Shown piece after piece: positions 20,451 to 30,448 of a stretch of 64,000 nucleotides of DNA (its first letter is position 1; every line of letters starts with the position of its first letter). Source of the DNA: an uncultured Planctomycetales bacterium (GTDB lineage Bacteria > Omnitrophota > Gorgyraeia > Zapsychrales > JAHFFX01). The position numbers were made by a program, and so were the translations under genes. The notes beneath the pieces were generated by a model, which was not told the DNA's origin, did not search any database, and worked only from the letters and a program-made list of their open reading frames with translations. The stretch is from positions 9,322-73,321 of the forward strand of contig CAYXGG010000002.1 in the NCBI GenBank assembly GCA_964464475.1, in the 5' to 3' direction.

Positions 20451-21236
20451 TTAGACTTTATTTTTACGTAAACGCTTAAAAGCTCCGAAGATTAATCCGC
20501 TCGATAATAAAGCCATCGTGGAAGGTTCCGGAACAGCGTTGACATCTCCTTTTAATTTTAGGCTATCGTTACCGCAATGCATGGTCCAGCTAAGGTAGGC
20601 ATCAGAATTTTGAGTACCGTTCAAATTAAGCCAAGCTAACGGCACCTTAGCTTCCATGACGTAATGGGAATACTGGTTGCCGCTGTACACAAATTCGATA
20701 TCGCCAATATATGATTTTTGATCACCGATTTTCCAAGGGTTCGCGTCAGAATGGGAAGGGTATACCACGTCAGTCCAGCTATCTACGGCATAGAGCTTTG
20801 AGGTCGCGATATCAATGCCGTATGCATACTTTTTGGCATTGTAAGTTGACGAAGATAGGCTTTGATATTTACCCACATCAATAAAAATATCTCCAGGCAA
20901 GAATTGGACATTACTTTGCGGAGTTCCGGTAATGACCGCAATGTAAGCATAATCCTGATCGTTATCAAAATACATGGCTTCCGCGTCATAAACATTCCCA
21001 ATAGCCCAGCCAGGGTTAACATACTGCCAACCACGAGAGCTGTCAGTATTGTCTTCAACTACATAATCTATATTGTTACCTCCAGAAGGGAGATTTGTGT
21101 TCAGATAAGGCATCGCCTGAGAAGCGGCATTGAGGTGAACACCCCAATCATCCACCAAGCCATCAACAATGTAGGCATTAGCAGAACCTACTGCGAACGT
21201 TAAACTTACCAAACATAGCGCTAGAATTTTTCTCAT
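20451..21236 (-). CDS. PEP-CTERM sorting-domain surface protein
   Basis: Signal peptide (ANA-Y); C-terminal VPEPSTMALLSSGLIFGAFKRLRKNKV; AGGGAGG RBS before ATG 21236. Confidence 0.92.
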   Translation of the reverse strand: MRKILALCLVSLTFAVGSANAYIVDGLVDDWGVHLNAASQAMPYLNTNLPSGGNNIDYVVEDNTDSSRGWQYVNPGWAIGNVYDAEAMYFDNDQDYAYIAVITGTPQSNVQFLPGDIFIDVGKYQSLSSSTYNAKKYAYGIDIATSKLYAVDSWTDVVYPSHSDANPWKIGDQKSYIGDIEFVYSGNQYSHYVMEAKVPLAWLNLNGTQNSDAYLSWTMHCGNDSLKLKGDVNAVPEPSTMALLSSGLIFGAFKRLRKNKV

Positions 21237-21267
21237 AATTTCCTCCCTTAGGTTCACCATAGCTATT

Positions 21268-21283
21268 AGCAAATTCCATGCCA
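21268..21283 (-). promoter_or_regulatory. Sigma-54 (-24/-12) promoter
   Basis: Minus strand TGGCATG-GAAT-TTGCT matches TGGCACG-N4-TTGCW with correct GG-N10-GC spacing. Confidence 0.8.
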
Positions 21284-21501
21284 TAAATTACATTAGAAGA
21301 CCAAACTCAGAGCAATATCTTATTTATTTTCATATACTTACATTAATGGAAAAAATTTATCAAATCTCAAATACACCACCGCACAATCGGTAAGGAAACG
21401 GTTGATTCGTATTCATTCCTGCATCGTAAACCATTGCCAGGTAATCAGTAAGATTAGTTTATTTTTCTCATCAAAGTGTTGCGCAGAACCCAATATTTGA
21501 C

Positions 21502-21543
21502 AAAAAAGCCCCTTGGCGCCGCCTTTTGGCGGCACCAAGGGGC
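21502..21543 (-). terminator. Rho-independent terminator
   Basis: 16-bp GC stem, 4-nt loop, U6 tail on the minus strand. Confidence 0.85.
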
Positions 21544-21560
21544 CCTAACACACCCAGACA

Positions 21561-21929
21561 TCAACGCTTCACTAATATACTATTCGCTATAAAGATTTCC
21601 TCGCCTTCCTTTTCTTCAGCAAAGCGATAAGCAACCTTAACCTTCATTCCAACCTTCAAGTAATAAATTTTTCCATCACCGAATTCGGGAGACTTAATTT
21701 GGGTATCCCGATCAATGACAAAGATTCTCCGCTCACCGAGTCCATCTTCCACCTCAATTTCTGCCAAATGTTGACGCTGCTCTTCTTCAACCAAAACATT
21801 CAAATAAGTAAACTCTTTAATGACTCCTTGGAATTTTCCCCCGGAGGCAGCCATCACGAAGGCAGGGAAAAATCCCTCCAAGACCAAAACCCCGACCAAC
21901 AATAATCTTACCCATAACCTATTCATCAT
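21561..21929 (-). CDS. Secreted small beta-barrel (OB-fold-like) hypothetical protein
   Basis: Signal peptide, DTQI...LKVGMKVKV pattern, GAGGAG RBS. Confidence 0.65.
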   Translation of the reverse strand: MMNRLWVRLLLVGVLVLEGFFPAFVMAASGGKFQGVIKEFTYLNVLVEEEQRQHLAEIEVEDGLGERRIFVIDRDTQIKSPEFGDGKIYYLKVGMKVKVAYRFAEEKEGEEIFIANSILVKR

Positions 21930-21935
21930 CTCTCC

Positions 21936-24900
21936 TCAATACCACAGTATTTTATTGGTTAATCCACATAACTTCTGAACCACGCCGTGGTCTGGCGGCC
22001 CCACCCCGACCGAGACAACAATCCCCTTTGACAAAGCTAATCGTTGACTCAACACGACTTCCTGCTCCAGCCCATTCAGCATGACTAAAAATTTTCTTTG
22101 TACCGACTCATTCTCCGCATCAGAATAAAATTTAAACCCCGCCACCTCGCCAAGCAAACTTATCCTTCGCCTCGGTAGTGATTGAGTTCGCAATAGTTCA
22201 AAAATACGACTCTGCAACTCTTCTTCCCGATAACTCAACACACCCCTAACCCGAGTAAACCCAACGCTTCCCCCCGGCCAAAGGCTAATCAGAAAATTCA
22301 ATTTCTTCTGTCGAATGATCAATTGAACCGCGCGCTGAAAGCCCTCCAACCAAGCAAGCGGCTCAGCGCTGTTCCAAACACACCGAAAGTCAATCAACAA
22401 ACCCAATTCACCGGAGTCTTCGGCCAAACTCCGACGAACAATCGCTTCTTGATCCACCGAGCGAGCGGTCGCCTTCCAATCGATATCGCGCACATCCTCT
22501 TCGGGAGTGTATTTCTCAAAACGATCAAAGTCAAACCCCCGAGATTGCCGATTCGCTGACGCATTAGCCTTAATGCTTAACGCTGTTGTTGTCGGCCACA
22601 CTTTTCTTGACCTACTCTGGCTTCGCTGCGACTTCAGCATACTTTCCAATTCTTGCAGCCGTTGTTGCGCGGCCTTTTGGGTCACGACAACATCAGCGCC
22701 GCGAATTAAATGTGGCTCCAGTGATTCCAATAAGTCCCCCCTCCAATCACCTGAAATCTCTCCAGCAGAACCTTTAATCAATAATTGAGTTACTGGCCTT
22801 TTTGTTACCACAGGCAGTAAGGAAGCCAGTGTTAGACCTTTCTTCTCTTCGGGGAAAGGCCGTATTGACTTCCTTATATCTGTCTTTTGGAGTAGAAAGG
22901 TCAATAATTTTCGATGATAGCGTTCTCGATCGTTAAAAGATTTTTGCGCTGGAAAAATCCACTCGCATCGCGCCAGCCAAGGCCCCAGCCAAGGCACAAA
23001 AAACAGTAGCGCGTGGGCCTGATGACGAACCGCTGATTGAATCGGAACAGACTCCGCGATAATCAATCGGCCAACGTCTCTTTGCGTCCACCGGCGACTT
23101 AAGTACCAACCGTAAGATGGCGCCGTTCGAGCTCCTGAATACAGACCGCTGTTATGATCCGCTGGAGAAAAAAGATCAGCGACCGGTTTTCCGAACCAAT
23201 ATCGTCGCCGCACCGGTCGAGCGACCCAGTGCACCAATAGAATAATAATTTCCACCGCGACAAACGCCAACACCGCTTCCAGCAGCGCTTGAGGTCGAAC
23301 ACCGCCCTCACCGTCCCCTCGCTGTTGATCACGGATCATTTTGGGCCCGCCGGAATTCTCCGTAAAAAGCGATAGCCCACTAAAGACGATCCCGGCTTCT
23401 GGAGAAGCATGCGTACCATACAACAATTCCTCACCAGAAAATCGACCTTCCCGACTACGTCCGGCGGGAACAGAACTTAAATAACGTCCAGGATCTCGAT
23501 ACACCTTAAAAGCCAGTTGGCTTAACTGCTTAGAAGTAAGTTGGTGGACTAAATTTAATTCAGCATCGACCTTCTCCGGTTCAACTTGATCAGCCATACT
23601 CATCGCTACGGAAAGACCGACCTCTTCACTTATAGCTTTCCGTAAGCCTCTCCAAACACCCCATGCGGCTCGAACATAAACATTATTTTTCTCAGAAGAT
23701 TTTAATAAACGACCTAGATGATTCTGAACATAATCTTGATTATCCGGAGCGAACATTACCGGAAATAACAGGGCATTAAGTTCACTATTCTCGGGAATCT
23801 TCCGCAACTCTTGTTTCTGACGTAAAACATCAACCACATGACCCAACTCATGAAACGCCGTCCAGTCAGGATGTCGAGAAAGACTCAAAAAAACAAGAGC
23901 AAATTCCCCCTCAAAATAACCGGCCGCGTCTTTAAGGGGATATTTCTGACCATTGACAAAAATAGCCTGGGCCATCAATTGATTTCCCTGCGGATACGTG
24001 GTCACCGGAAGCCCTAATCGCTCAAAATCGCGAGCCGTCATGATCATTTTGGCCTCAACACGCTCAGCGAAAAGCAAGAGCGCCGGAGTATCCCCCTTCA
24101 TCACCCAAAAAATGAATGGGTAAACATTCCGACGGACTAGATGACGCCGTAGAGCCAAAAGGTGCTTGCGCAATTCTGATTCCTTAAACTCACGTTGTTC
24201 ATAAAGTTCAACGATCGCTTGCAAAATAAACGCCAAATTGGGATTAAGCAATCCCGCCGTCGCCAACACCTTCTGGTTGAGAGTGGACGTCGAGCTCCCG
24301 GTAGACACCAAAAAAAGAAATCCTGGTAAGACACGTTCAGCAAAAGTGAGATACCGAAAAGAACGCAGCGTGGGTAATGCCGTCAAATATTCCTGATTAT
24401 CCTGAAGTACTTTGCTGGCGTCATAACGAGCAGCATAATCATCGAATTGCTTAGTAAAAATCGTTTCCTTTTCCCGATCCACCGCGCCTCTCAAATCCAT
24501 CACGACTAAATCCCACAAACCATTTACCATCTGTCCCCAAGAGGATTTTGAGCCTGCGGAAGCAAGAACAAAGAACAACACCGCCAAACTTCCAACTGCG
24601 ACAGAGATTAAACGGATAAACCGCGCAACAGAAAAACTATGTTCATATTTGTTCAGCACGCGGACAACCCCACCCCTAAATTTAATCCGCGCTTGACTTA
24701 GTGCTGTTTCGTCCAATGGATAGTACCCTCTAGCCCAATCCCTAGCCAATTCCGCGTCTGGAAAAACACCCAACCGCGCAAACAGCTCTCCTTTAAGCCG
24801 TGCCGGTAAGAAATTAATTACCTCTTTAGTCGCCACGCCTGCACGCTTTTTCAAAACAGCCTGATCCTCACAAACCGCGATAGCATCGAGAACTTGACTG

Positions 24901-25394
24901 TGATCCCGAAAACAAGCCGAATGTGTCAGCTGACGACGAATGCGCTCTAAAAACTTATTTCTTCGCCAATATATTAACTTTGAAATCAACGAGGTACCGC
25001 AATCTGAAGCAAGAGATTGCTTAAGCCATTGATGGGTGGGCTTTAGTATTTTCGCGTGACCGACCAGCAATTCCTGCCGATACTGTGCTATCGCCGCAGA
25101 AACAACGCTACCTTTTAATACTCCAGAAAATTCCGCCCGACGAAGCAAATCGTCAAAATCGCGCCAGGAACGATCCAAAAGCCTAGCCGGCTTCCAAAGA
25201 TCATCCTCCAAGAGGTATTGAAAGGAATCCAGCCTTGCCAGATAACGCTTCTCAGCCAAGGCAAACTGATTTAACGTCGGTGAAATTAAAAATTCATCGC
25301 GTGATTTTATAGAAAGGAAAGAAAAGAATTTGACAAAACACGTGCGGGCAATCAGCGCGCTGACTCCACCTGCAGCACAATGGCCACCGGGCAA
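21936..25394 (-). CDS. Large membrane protein with HEXXH motif and C-terminal DUF58-like domain (start uncertain)
   Basis: TM segments, AFHELGH, FDRFEKYTPEEDVRDIDWKATAR; contains an in-frame MITE. Confidence 0.75.
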   Translation of the reverse strand: MPGGHCAAGGVSALIARTCFVKFFSFLSIKSRDEFLISPTLNQFALAEKRYLARLDSFQYLLEDDLWKPARLLDRSWRDFDDLLRRAEFSGVLKGSVVSAAIAQYRQELLVGHAKILKPTHQWLKQSLASDCGTSLISKLIYWRRNKFLERIRRQLTHSACFRDHSQVLDAIAVCEDQAVLKKRAGVATKEVINFLPARLKGELFARLGVFPDAELARDWARGYYPLDETALSQARIKFRGGVVRVLNKYEHSFSVARFIRLISVAVGSLAVLFFVLASAGSKSSWGQMVNGLWDLVVMDLRGAVDREKETIFTKQFDDYAARYDASKVLQDNQEYLTALPTLRSFRYLTFAERVLPGFLFLVSTGSSTSTLNQKVLATAGLLNPNLAFILQAIVELYEQREFKESELRKHLLALRRHLVRRNVYPFIFWVMKGDTPALLLFAERVEAKMIMTARDFERLGLPVTTYPQGNQLMAQAIFVNGQKYPLKDAAGYFEGEFALVFLSLSRHPDWTAFHELGHVVDVLRQKQELRKIPENSELNALLFPVMFAPDNQDYVQNHLGRLLKSSEKNNVYVRAAWGVWRGLRKAISEEVGLSVAMSMADQVEPEKVDAELNLVHQLTSKQLSQLAFKVYRDPGRYLSSVPAGRSREGRFSGEELLYGTHASPEAGIVFSGLSLFTENSGGPKMIRDQQRGDGEGGVRPQALLEAVLAFVAVEIIILLVHWVARPVRRRYWFGKPVADLFSPADHNSGLYSGARTAPSYGWYLSRRWTQRDVGRLIIAESVPIQSAVRHQAHALLFFVPWLGPWLARCEWIFPAQKSFNDRERYHRKLLTFLLQKTDIRKSIRPFPEEKKGLTLASLLPVVTKRPVTQLLIKGSAGEISGDWRGDLLESLEPHLIRGADVVVTQKAAQQRLQELESMLKSQRSQSRSRKVWPTTTALSIKANASANRQSRGFDFDRFEKYTPEEDVRDIDWKATARSVDQEAIVRRSLAEDSGELGLLIDFRCVWNSAEPLAWLEGFQRAVQLIIRQKKLNFLISLWPGGSVGFTRVRGVLSYREEELQSRIFELLRTQSLPRRRISLLGEVAGFKFYSDAENESVQRKFLVMLNGLEQEVVLSQRLALSKGIVVSVGVGPPDHGVVQKLCGLTNKILWY
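22791..22906 (-). mobile_element. TA-flanked palindromic MITE, copy 1 (in frame inside CDS)
   Basis: Reverse complement of 32060-32174 (80 of first 86 nt identical by manual count); net length 114 nt = 38 codons. Confidence 0.88.
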
Positions 25395-26122
25395 TGGTCG
25401 GATCCCATTACCTCTTTAAGGATCATTGCCTGCTTTAATCGTTTACGTAATGACGAACTCATACAAAAGTAATCTATGCGCCATCCGATATTTTTCTGAC
25501 GGCAGTTACTCATCTGACTCCACCAGGTATAGTGACCACCGGCCTTCTCAAACTCCCGGAAGGTATCAATAAAGCCAGCTTTTACGATATTATCAAAACC
25601 CGCCCGCTCTTCTGGCGTGAAACCATGATTCTTCACATTAGCTTTAGGATAGGTCAAATCAATTTCAGTATGTGCGACATTCAGGTCTCCGCAAAAAATA
25701 ACCGGTTTTTTCTTCTGTAAGTCTAAACAATATGCCAAAAAATCAACATCCCACTCCCGCTGCCGATATCCCAAACGAGACAGATCTCTTTTTGAATTCG
25801 GGACATACACATTGACGACGTAAAAATCGGAAAACTCTACGGTGAGCACACGGCCTTCGGTATCATGTTTGCTGATGCCCAAACCGTTTTTGACAGCCAG
25901 CGGTTTTATTTTGGTAAAAATGGCGGTTCCTGAATAACCCGGTTTCTGGGCGTGATTCCAAAATTGCTCATAACCCGGGAGCTCAATCGGAATCGCTTCC
26001 TTGGCGGTTTTAGTTTCCTGCAGACATAACACATCAGGCTTATGCGCTTTGACAAAATCTATAAACCCTTTTTTAAGAGTCGCTCGCAACCCATTCACGT
26101 TCCAGGAAATCAATTTGACCAT
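25352..26122 (-). CDS. xth: Exodeoxyribonuclease III
   Basis: SWNVNGLRA, LQETK, GYSGT, CGDLNVAH, GWRIDY, GSDHCP. Confidence 0.96.
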   Translation of the reverse strand: MVKLISWNVNGLRATLKKGFIDFVKAHKPDVLCLQETKTAKEAIPIELPGYEQFWNHAQKPGYSGTAIFTKIKPLAVKNGLGISKHDTEGRVLTVEFSDFYVVNVYVPNSKRDLSRLGYRQREWDVDFLAYCLDLQKKKPVIFCGDLNVAHTEIDLTYPKANVKNHGFTPEERAGFDNIVKAGFIDTFREFEKAGGHYTWWSQMSNCRQKNIGWRIDYFCMSSSLRKRLKQAMILKEVMGSDHCPVAIVLQVESAR

Positions 26123-26135
26123 GTCATCCTCTCGG

Positions 26136-28682
26136 TTATCCAGGCTCCGCCATCTTCTGCAACTCGTCGTTTAAATGCATGCGAATTTTGCGGATTTGCT
26201 CATCCCGCTGCTCCACAGAATCCGATGGATAAAAACGTATTCCTGATTTTTGCATTCGGAAATCGGCTAAGTATTTAGCCCATAAATCACACTCCCGCTG
26301 AGCAGCGCCTTCAGGAGACATCACTGCGGCGTCTCGGACATCACGCAAATTCTCCAACAATATTCGAAGAGTTCCATCCGGATCGTGTTCCCAAAATTTA
26401 GTCACCAACGCGTTGAGATCCTCTCCCCAGGCGTGAGACGTGTAATCTTTAACGAACACCGTTGCAGCTAAATCAAAATCTTCCTTGTGTTCAGTAGACA
26501 ACAAGACCTGAACAGCGTCTAAGACCGGCCCCATTTTTAAGTTAGCCTGGGTTCCGCGCCTTAACGCGTTCCCAATAGCTTCAATTCCTTTGTGACGATG
26601 ACCATAGAGCACCGTGACAATCCCGGCATAAATCTGAATCGATGGATCAGCATCGTGTAAATATCCAACCGCCTCCTGCCAAATCTGCGCCCCATCAATC
26701 TGCAAGCAGGCTTTCAGGATTTCGGCCCGATCAAAATCCGTTGTGGACGGTAATGACATCATCTTCCATAAAATCGGTACCGCATCCGCCACCTTCAACT
26801 CAATCAAACGAGCAACTTTATTGCGTACATCGCTCCACGTGAGCGAAGCCTTGGCCAAACGCTGTAGTCGCTCGGCTTCGGGATAAAGACGATTCTGTTC
26901 AAACCAGTCCCTGACCCGATTTTCTTCTAGCTCTTGTTGAACTAGCGACGCGTCGGCTAAACACTCCGTCGGCATTTGCAGCAAGGTTAAATCCGCTAAA
27001 ATATCCGCCGCAACTTCGCAAACTCTCAACAATTTAGGGTGTTTCTGATTCCGGTCCGTTATTTTGACGAGGGGAACAAACTTGCCATTGCGTAGCTGCG
27101 GAATCAGCGCGGGCACGGCTTCAAATCCGATATGATATAAAATAGCGGCAGGATTCATCAGCTGAGAATCATCTTGTGGAACTTCCGCCCTATGCCACCC
27201 CATGGGAGAGCGCAGACTCGCCAAAAGCATAGCCGCTTTCTTAGCCTGCCCAGAAGCGCTTAGATTTTCCACTTCTTTTTTCCATTGCGCGACAGTCATA
27301 AGCTGGGCGGGAGGATGAACGCTGTCTTTTAATAGCTGTTGACTAAGTTTCTCGCAATCACTCGCATGCCGATACCCCGGAATGCGTTTGACAATAAAAT
27401 CGAAAAGAAGCTGTGCCGGCACTAAATTTCCTTGAGTATAATTCCAAATGGCATCTCGGTATTTTCTCCAGGCCAATTCCTCTCGAGCCAAAGCAAACGC
27501 CTGATCATCTACATCGAAAGCGGCATCCAGAACGACTTGGACTAAATCCATGGCAACAACTTCCTCACCGGCACGGAGAACCCAACAGGCTACAAACATT
27601 GGATAGGCCCAACCTTCCTGAAGACCATTCGTCTCTTCCAAAAAATTGGTTTGATGCTGCTGAATCGCCTGCGTCAAGTATTGAGCTTCTTTGATAAGGG
27701 TCGATAACTCAATAGTGGCGCCAGGATAAAATAACGTGTCCCCTTGAGGACTGGTCGCTTTAACCCCCTCTGCCGAGGCAACCAATTCCCAGAACTGACC
27801 ATCCTTGGCCAAGGCCACTGTTTTTTCCTCCTTTACTTCTTTTTCCCAGAAGAAATCCGGCAATCTTTCTTCTCCAGGAACCGCAACCATGATCCGACGA
27901 CTGCTTTCCTCTGGGACAAACAAACCAAGTCGGAAAAATTTCTTAAACTCTTCTTTCCAATATTCCGGCATGGCGTCAACGCGGTCGGCGGTTAAATTAA
28001 ATCCCAGAATACGCAACGCCTCTTGGGAAGCGGCCCTTACTTTCTGCCGCGGATGGCTCAAAAGCCCTCGCAAGGCTAAAGCGGAATTTTTAAGCCCTCG
28101 ATCTGCCGCTAACTGAATAGCGGTCACGAGCACGCTTACCGATGGATCAGGAAAACTTAGTTGTCGCTGAACAATATCATCGGCGAGCTCACCAGGAATT
28201 TTGGCCACTAACCGCAACGCCTTAATTTTAAGATCGTGACTTCTCTCCTCGGATAACAACCACGTTAAGGACGGAAGCACCATCGGCCATAACGGTGAAT
28301 CCGGTTGCGCCACCTGATCAATTTCCGCAAGCAAAAGAGCGCGCGCGTCTCGCGCAGGATGCACTCGCGGAAGATTTAAATAGGCGGCTTCCAGGGCGCT
28401 GACGCGACCTGAAATTTCGTCATCAAGCGCCATTTCAAAATATTCTTGGATTAAACCAGCCATGACTTTACGCTGCTGCGGCGTTCGACATCTCGAAAAA
28501 GATAGACCTGCCTGCATCTCATCCGGTACGTTGCAGGCACCGATAATACGGATCAGTTGTTCAGGAAGTTGTCCATCGACATACGTTTTATCTAAAAAAT
28601 GACGGACTTCATCGGAAGCATAAACCCCGGAAGGAATAGCCAACCACAAAAATAATGAAACGAACATCACCCATCGTTTCAT
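26136..28682 (-). CDS. Secreted HEAT/alpha-solenoid-like hypothetical protein
   Basis: Signal peptide (VYA-S); HEAT-like segments such as LRGLLSHPRQKVRAASQEALRIL and AVPALIPQL. Confidence 0.65.
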   Translation of the reverse strand: MKRWVMFVSLFLWLAIPSGVYASDEVRHFLDKTYVDGQLPEQLIRIIGACNVPDEMQAGLSFSRCRTPQQRKVMAGLIQEYFEMALDDEISGRVSALEAAYLNLPRVHPARDARALLLAEIDQVAQPDSPLWPMVLPSLTWLLSEERSHDLKIKALRLVAKIPGELADDIVQRQLSFPDPSVSVLVTAIQLAADRGLKNSALALRGLLSHPRQKVRAASQEALRILGFNLTADRVDAMPEYWKEEFKKFFRLGLFVPEESSRRIMVAVPGEERLPDFFWEKEVKEEKTVALAKDGQFWELVASAEGVKATSPQGDTLFYPGATIELSTLIKEAQYLTQAIQQHQTNFLEETNGLQEGWAYPMFVACWVLRAGEEVVAMDLVQVVLDAAFDVDDQAFALAREELAWRKYRDAIWNYTQGNLVPAQLLFDFIVKRIPGYRHASDCEKLSQQLLKDSVHPPAQLMTVAQWKKEVENLSASGQAKKAAMLLASLRSPMGWHRAEVPQDDSQLMNPAAILYHIGFEAVPALIPQLRNGKFVPLVKITDRNQKHPKLLRVCEVAADILADLTLLQMPTECLADASLVQQELEENRVRDWFEQNRLYPEAERLQRLAKASLTWSDVRNKVARLIELKVADAVPILWKMMSLPSTTDFDRAEILKACLQIDGAQIWQEAVGYLHDADPSIQIYAGIVTVLYGHRHKGIEAIGNALRRGTQANLKMGPVLDAVQVLLSTEHKEDFDLAATVFVKDYTSHAWGEDLNALVTKFWEHDPDGTLRILLENLRDVRDAAVMSPEGAAQRECDLWAKYLADFRMQKSGIRFYPSDSVEQRDEQIRKIRMHLNDELQKMAEPG

Positions 28683-28692
28683 AAGCAAATCG

Positions 28693-29079
28693 TTACGCTT
28701 GACGGATTTTATCGGCGGCCTCGGCCAGCGCTTGCGCTGACGCCGGCTTGGCATGAGCAAAACTAAGATCAGCGACCGCGTTTATGGGAATTAGATGAAT
28801 ATGCGCGTGTGGCACTTCAATACCAGCCACAAGAATACCAACTTTTTTGCAAGGAAAAGCTTTCTTGATTTTGAGCGCGACCTTCTTGGCAAAAGCCATC
28901 ATCTCCCCAAGATCGTGATCAGCAATATCAAAAATATAATCAACTTCTTTCTTGGGAATAACCAAGGTGTGGCCGGCCGTAATGGGTCGGATATCCAGAA
29001 ACGCCAAAAAATGATCATTCTCCATTATTTTTTGGCAAGCAATCTCCCCGGAAAGAATCTTGGTAAATATCGTCGGCAT
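28693..29079 (-). CDS. HIT-family nucleotide hydrolase
   Basis: TIFTKI, GHTLVIPK, VPHAHIHLIP. Confidence 0.93.
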   Translation of the reverse strand: MPTIFTKILSGEIACQKIMENDHFLAFLDIRPITAGHTLVIPKKEVDYIFDIADHDLGEMMAFAKKVALKIKKAFPCKKVGILVAGIEVPHAHIHLIPINAVADLSFAHAKPASAQALAEAADKIRQA

Positions 29080-29109
29080 AGAAAGCTCCTTATTCTTAAA
29101 ACAAAAATA

Positions 29110-29622
29110 CTATTTCTTATCCTTCTTTTTGACAAACTGCAAAACTTGAATGATCGTACCGATCGCGGCCAAGGAAAGAATCACCATGGATCGAGCGGGC
29201 GGCTGAGACTTAACCGCTTCGGCAATCAAAACCCCTCCCAAAAAAGAAGAGAACACAATCATGGCCCAATCATATAACCAGTGCGCCAGCGCCACGCCGA
29301 TTAAACCACCCAGCATGATGAGTAGCCAGGCGTAATCAGCCTGCATCAAATTTATGGCCTGAATCAGATTAAATCCTAAATAGCCCCCCGACAAGAATCC
29401 GGCCATAAAAATGACTACTTTTTGAAAGGAATAAGCCAAAACGATCAACGCCAACGCGACCAATAGCGCCCCTCCGGTAATAATCAAGGGGCCTTTCTCG
29501 ACCATCAAATTTCGGCAGATTTCATAACCAATCGCAAAACCAACCGATCCGACGTATAACCAAAAAAACCTCCGTCCGACCATCAGCAAGGCGGCTCCCA
29601 ACAGTATGTTCAAATAGTTCAT
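29110..29622 (-). CDS. DUF4203-like multi-pass membrane protein
   Basis: About 6 TM helices, GRRFFWL, SSFLGG. Confidence 0.7.
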   Translation of the reverse strand: MNYLNILLGAALLMVGRRFFWLYVGSVGFAIGYEICRNLMVEKGPLIITGGALLVALALIVLAYSFQKVVIFMAGFLSGGYLGFNLIQAINLMQADYAWLLIMLGGLIGVALAHWLYDWAMIVFSSFLGGVLIAEAVKSQPPARSMVILSLAAIGTIIQVLQFVKKKDKK

Positions 29623-29637
29623 GGCTTTAACCTTTTT

Positions 29638-30021
29638 TTATAAACTACCGACTGCTTCTATCTCAACCAAAGCATCTTTAGGCAACCGAGCGACTTCAAT
29701 CGTCGATCGGGCCGGGGCCCACTCGGGTTTGATAAATTCAGCGTAAACTTCATTCATCGCCGCAAAATCATTCATATTTTTCAAGAACACCGTCGTCTTC
29801 ACCAGTTTATCAAGCGAAGACCCAGCACCTTCAATAATATTTTTTAAATTAGTTAAAACCTGTCGGGCTTGCGCTTTCACATCGCCTGACACTATCTGGC
29901 CGGTTAGCGGATCCAACGGGATCTGCCCTGCCGTATAGATTAGGTGATCAATCACCACACACTGATTATAGGGCCCTACCGGCTGGGGAGCCGTTTTTGG
30001 ATTTAATATTTTCTTCGCCAT
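29638..30021 (-). CDS. ridA: RidA/YjgF enamine-imine deaminase
   Basis: GPYNQ, AGQIPLDP, KTTVFL, PARS, LVEIEA. Confidence 0.93.
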   Translation of the reverse strand: MAKKILNPKTAPQPVGPYNQCVVIDHLIYTAGQIPLDPLTGQIVSGDVKAQARQVLTNLKNIIEGAGSSLDKLVKTTVFLKNMNDFAAMNEVYAEFIKPEWAPARSTIEVARLPKDALVEIEAVGSL

Positions 30022-30049
30022 CCTAAGATCCTTTCGTTAATCTTTTGTG

Positions 30050-30439
30050 TTATTTTCTGACCCAAATCATTTCCAACGACCGAGTACGGGCGTTACAGGC
30101 ATCGGATTGCAACTCAAATCGAAGTTCATTCTGCGCAAGAATATATTTATACTTACCCTCGGCCTCGCAATCAGAAGAAATCGCTCCTCCTTTATTTAAG
30201 AAAGCAATATTGTTCCAATCTAAAGAGTATGTTCCCCAAACATCTCGCTGACCATTCCCATCGTAATCAAACTCAAACTGATCTCCCGAACGAAAAGTCA
30301 AATGATCATTGCCTTGAAAACTGTCCTTAAATTGCCACTTACCATTTAAGCCCGTCGACTTGCTGGGCGCGCTCATATTTTTGCAAGCGCATCCCGATGT
30401 TAAAATGGCCAGCCCTACAATCAAAAGAATTTTTTTCAT
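30050..30439 (-). CDS. Lipoprotein, beta-barrel hypothetical
   Basis: Lipobox LTSGC; GKW...G.Y...D.C..R pattern. Confidence 0.7.
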   Translation of the reverse strand: MKKILLIVGLAILTSGCACKNMSAPSKSTGLNGKWQFKDSFQGNDHLTFRSGDQFEFDYDGNGQRDVWGTYSLDWNNIAFLNKGGAISSDCEAEGKYKYILAQNELRFELQSDACNARTRSLEMIWVRK

Positions 30440-30448
30440 AATTTCTCC

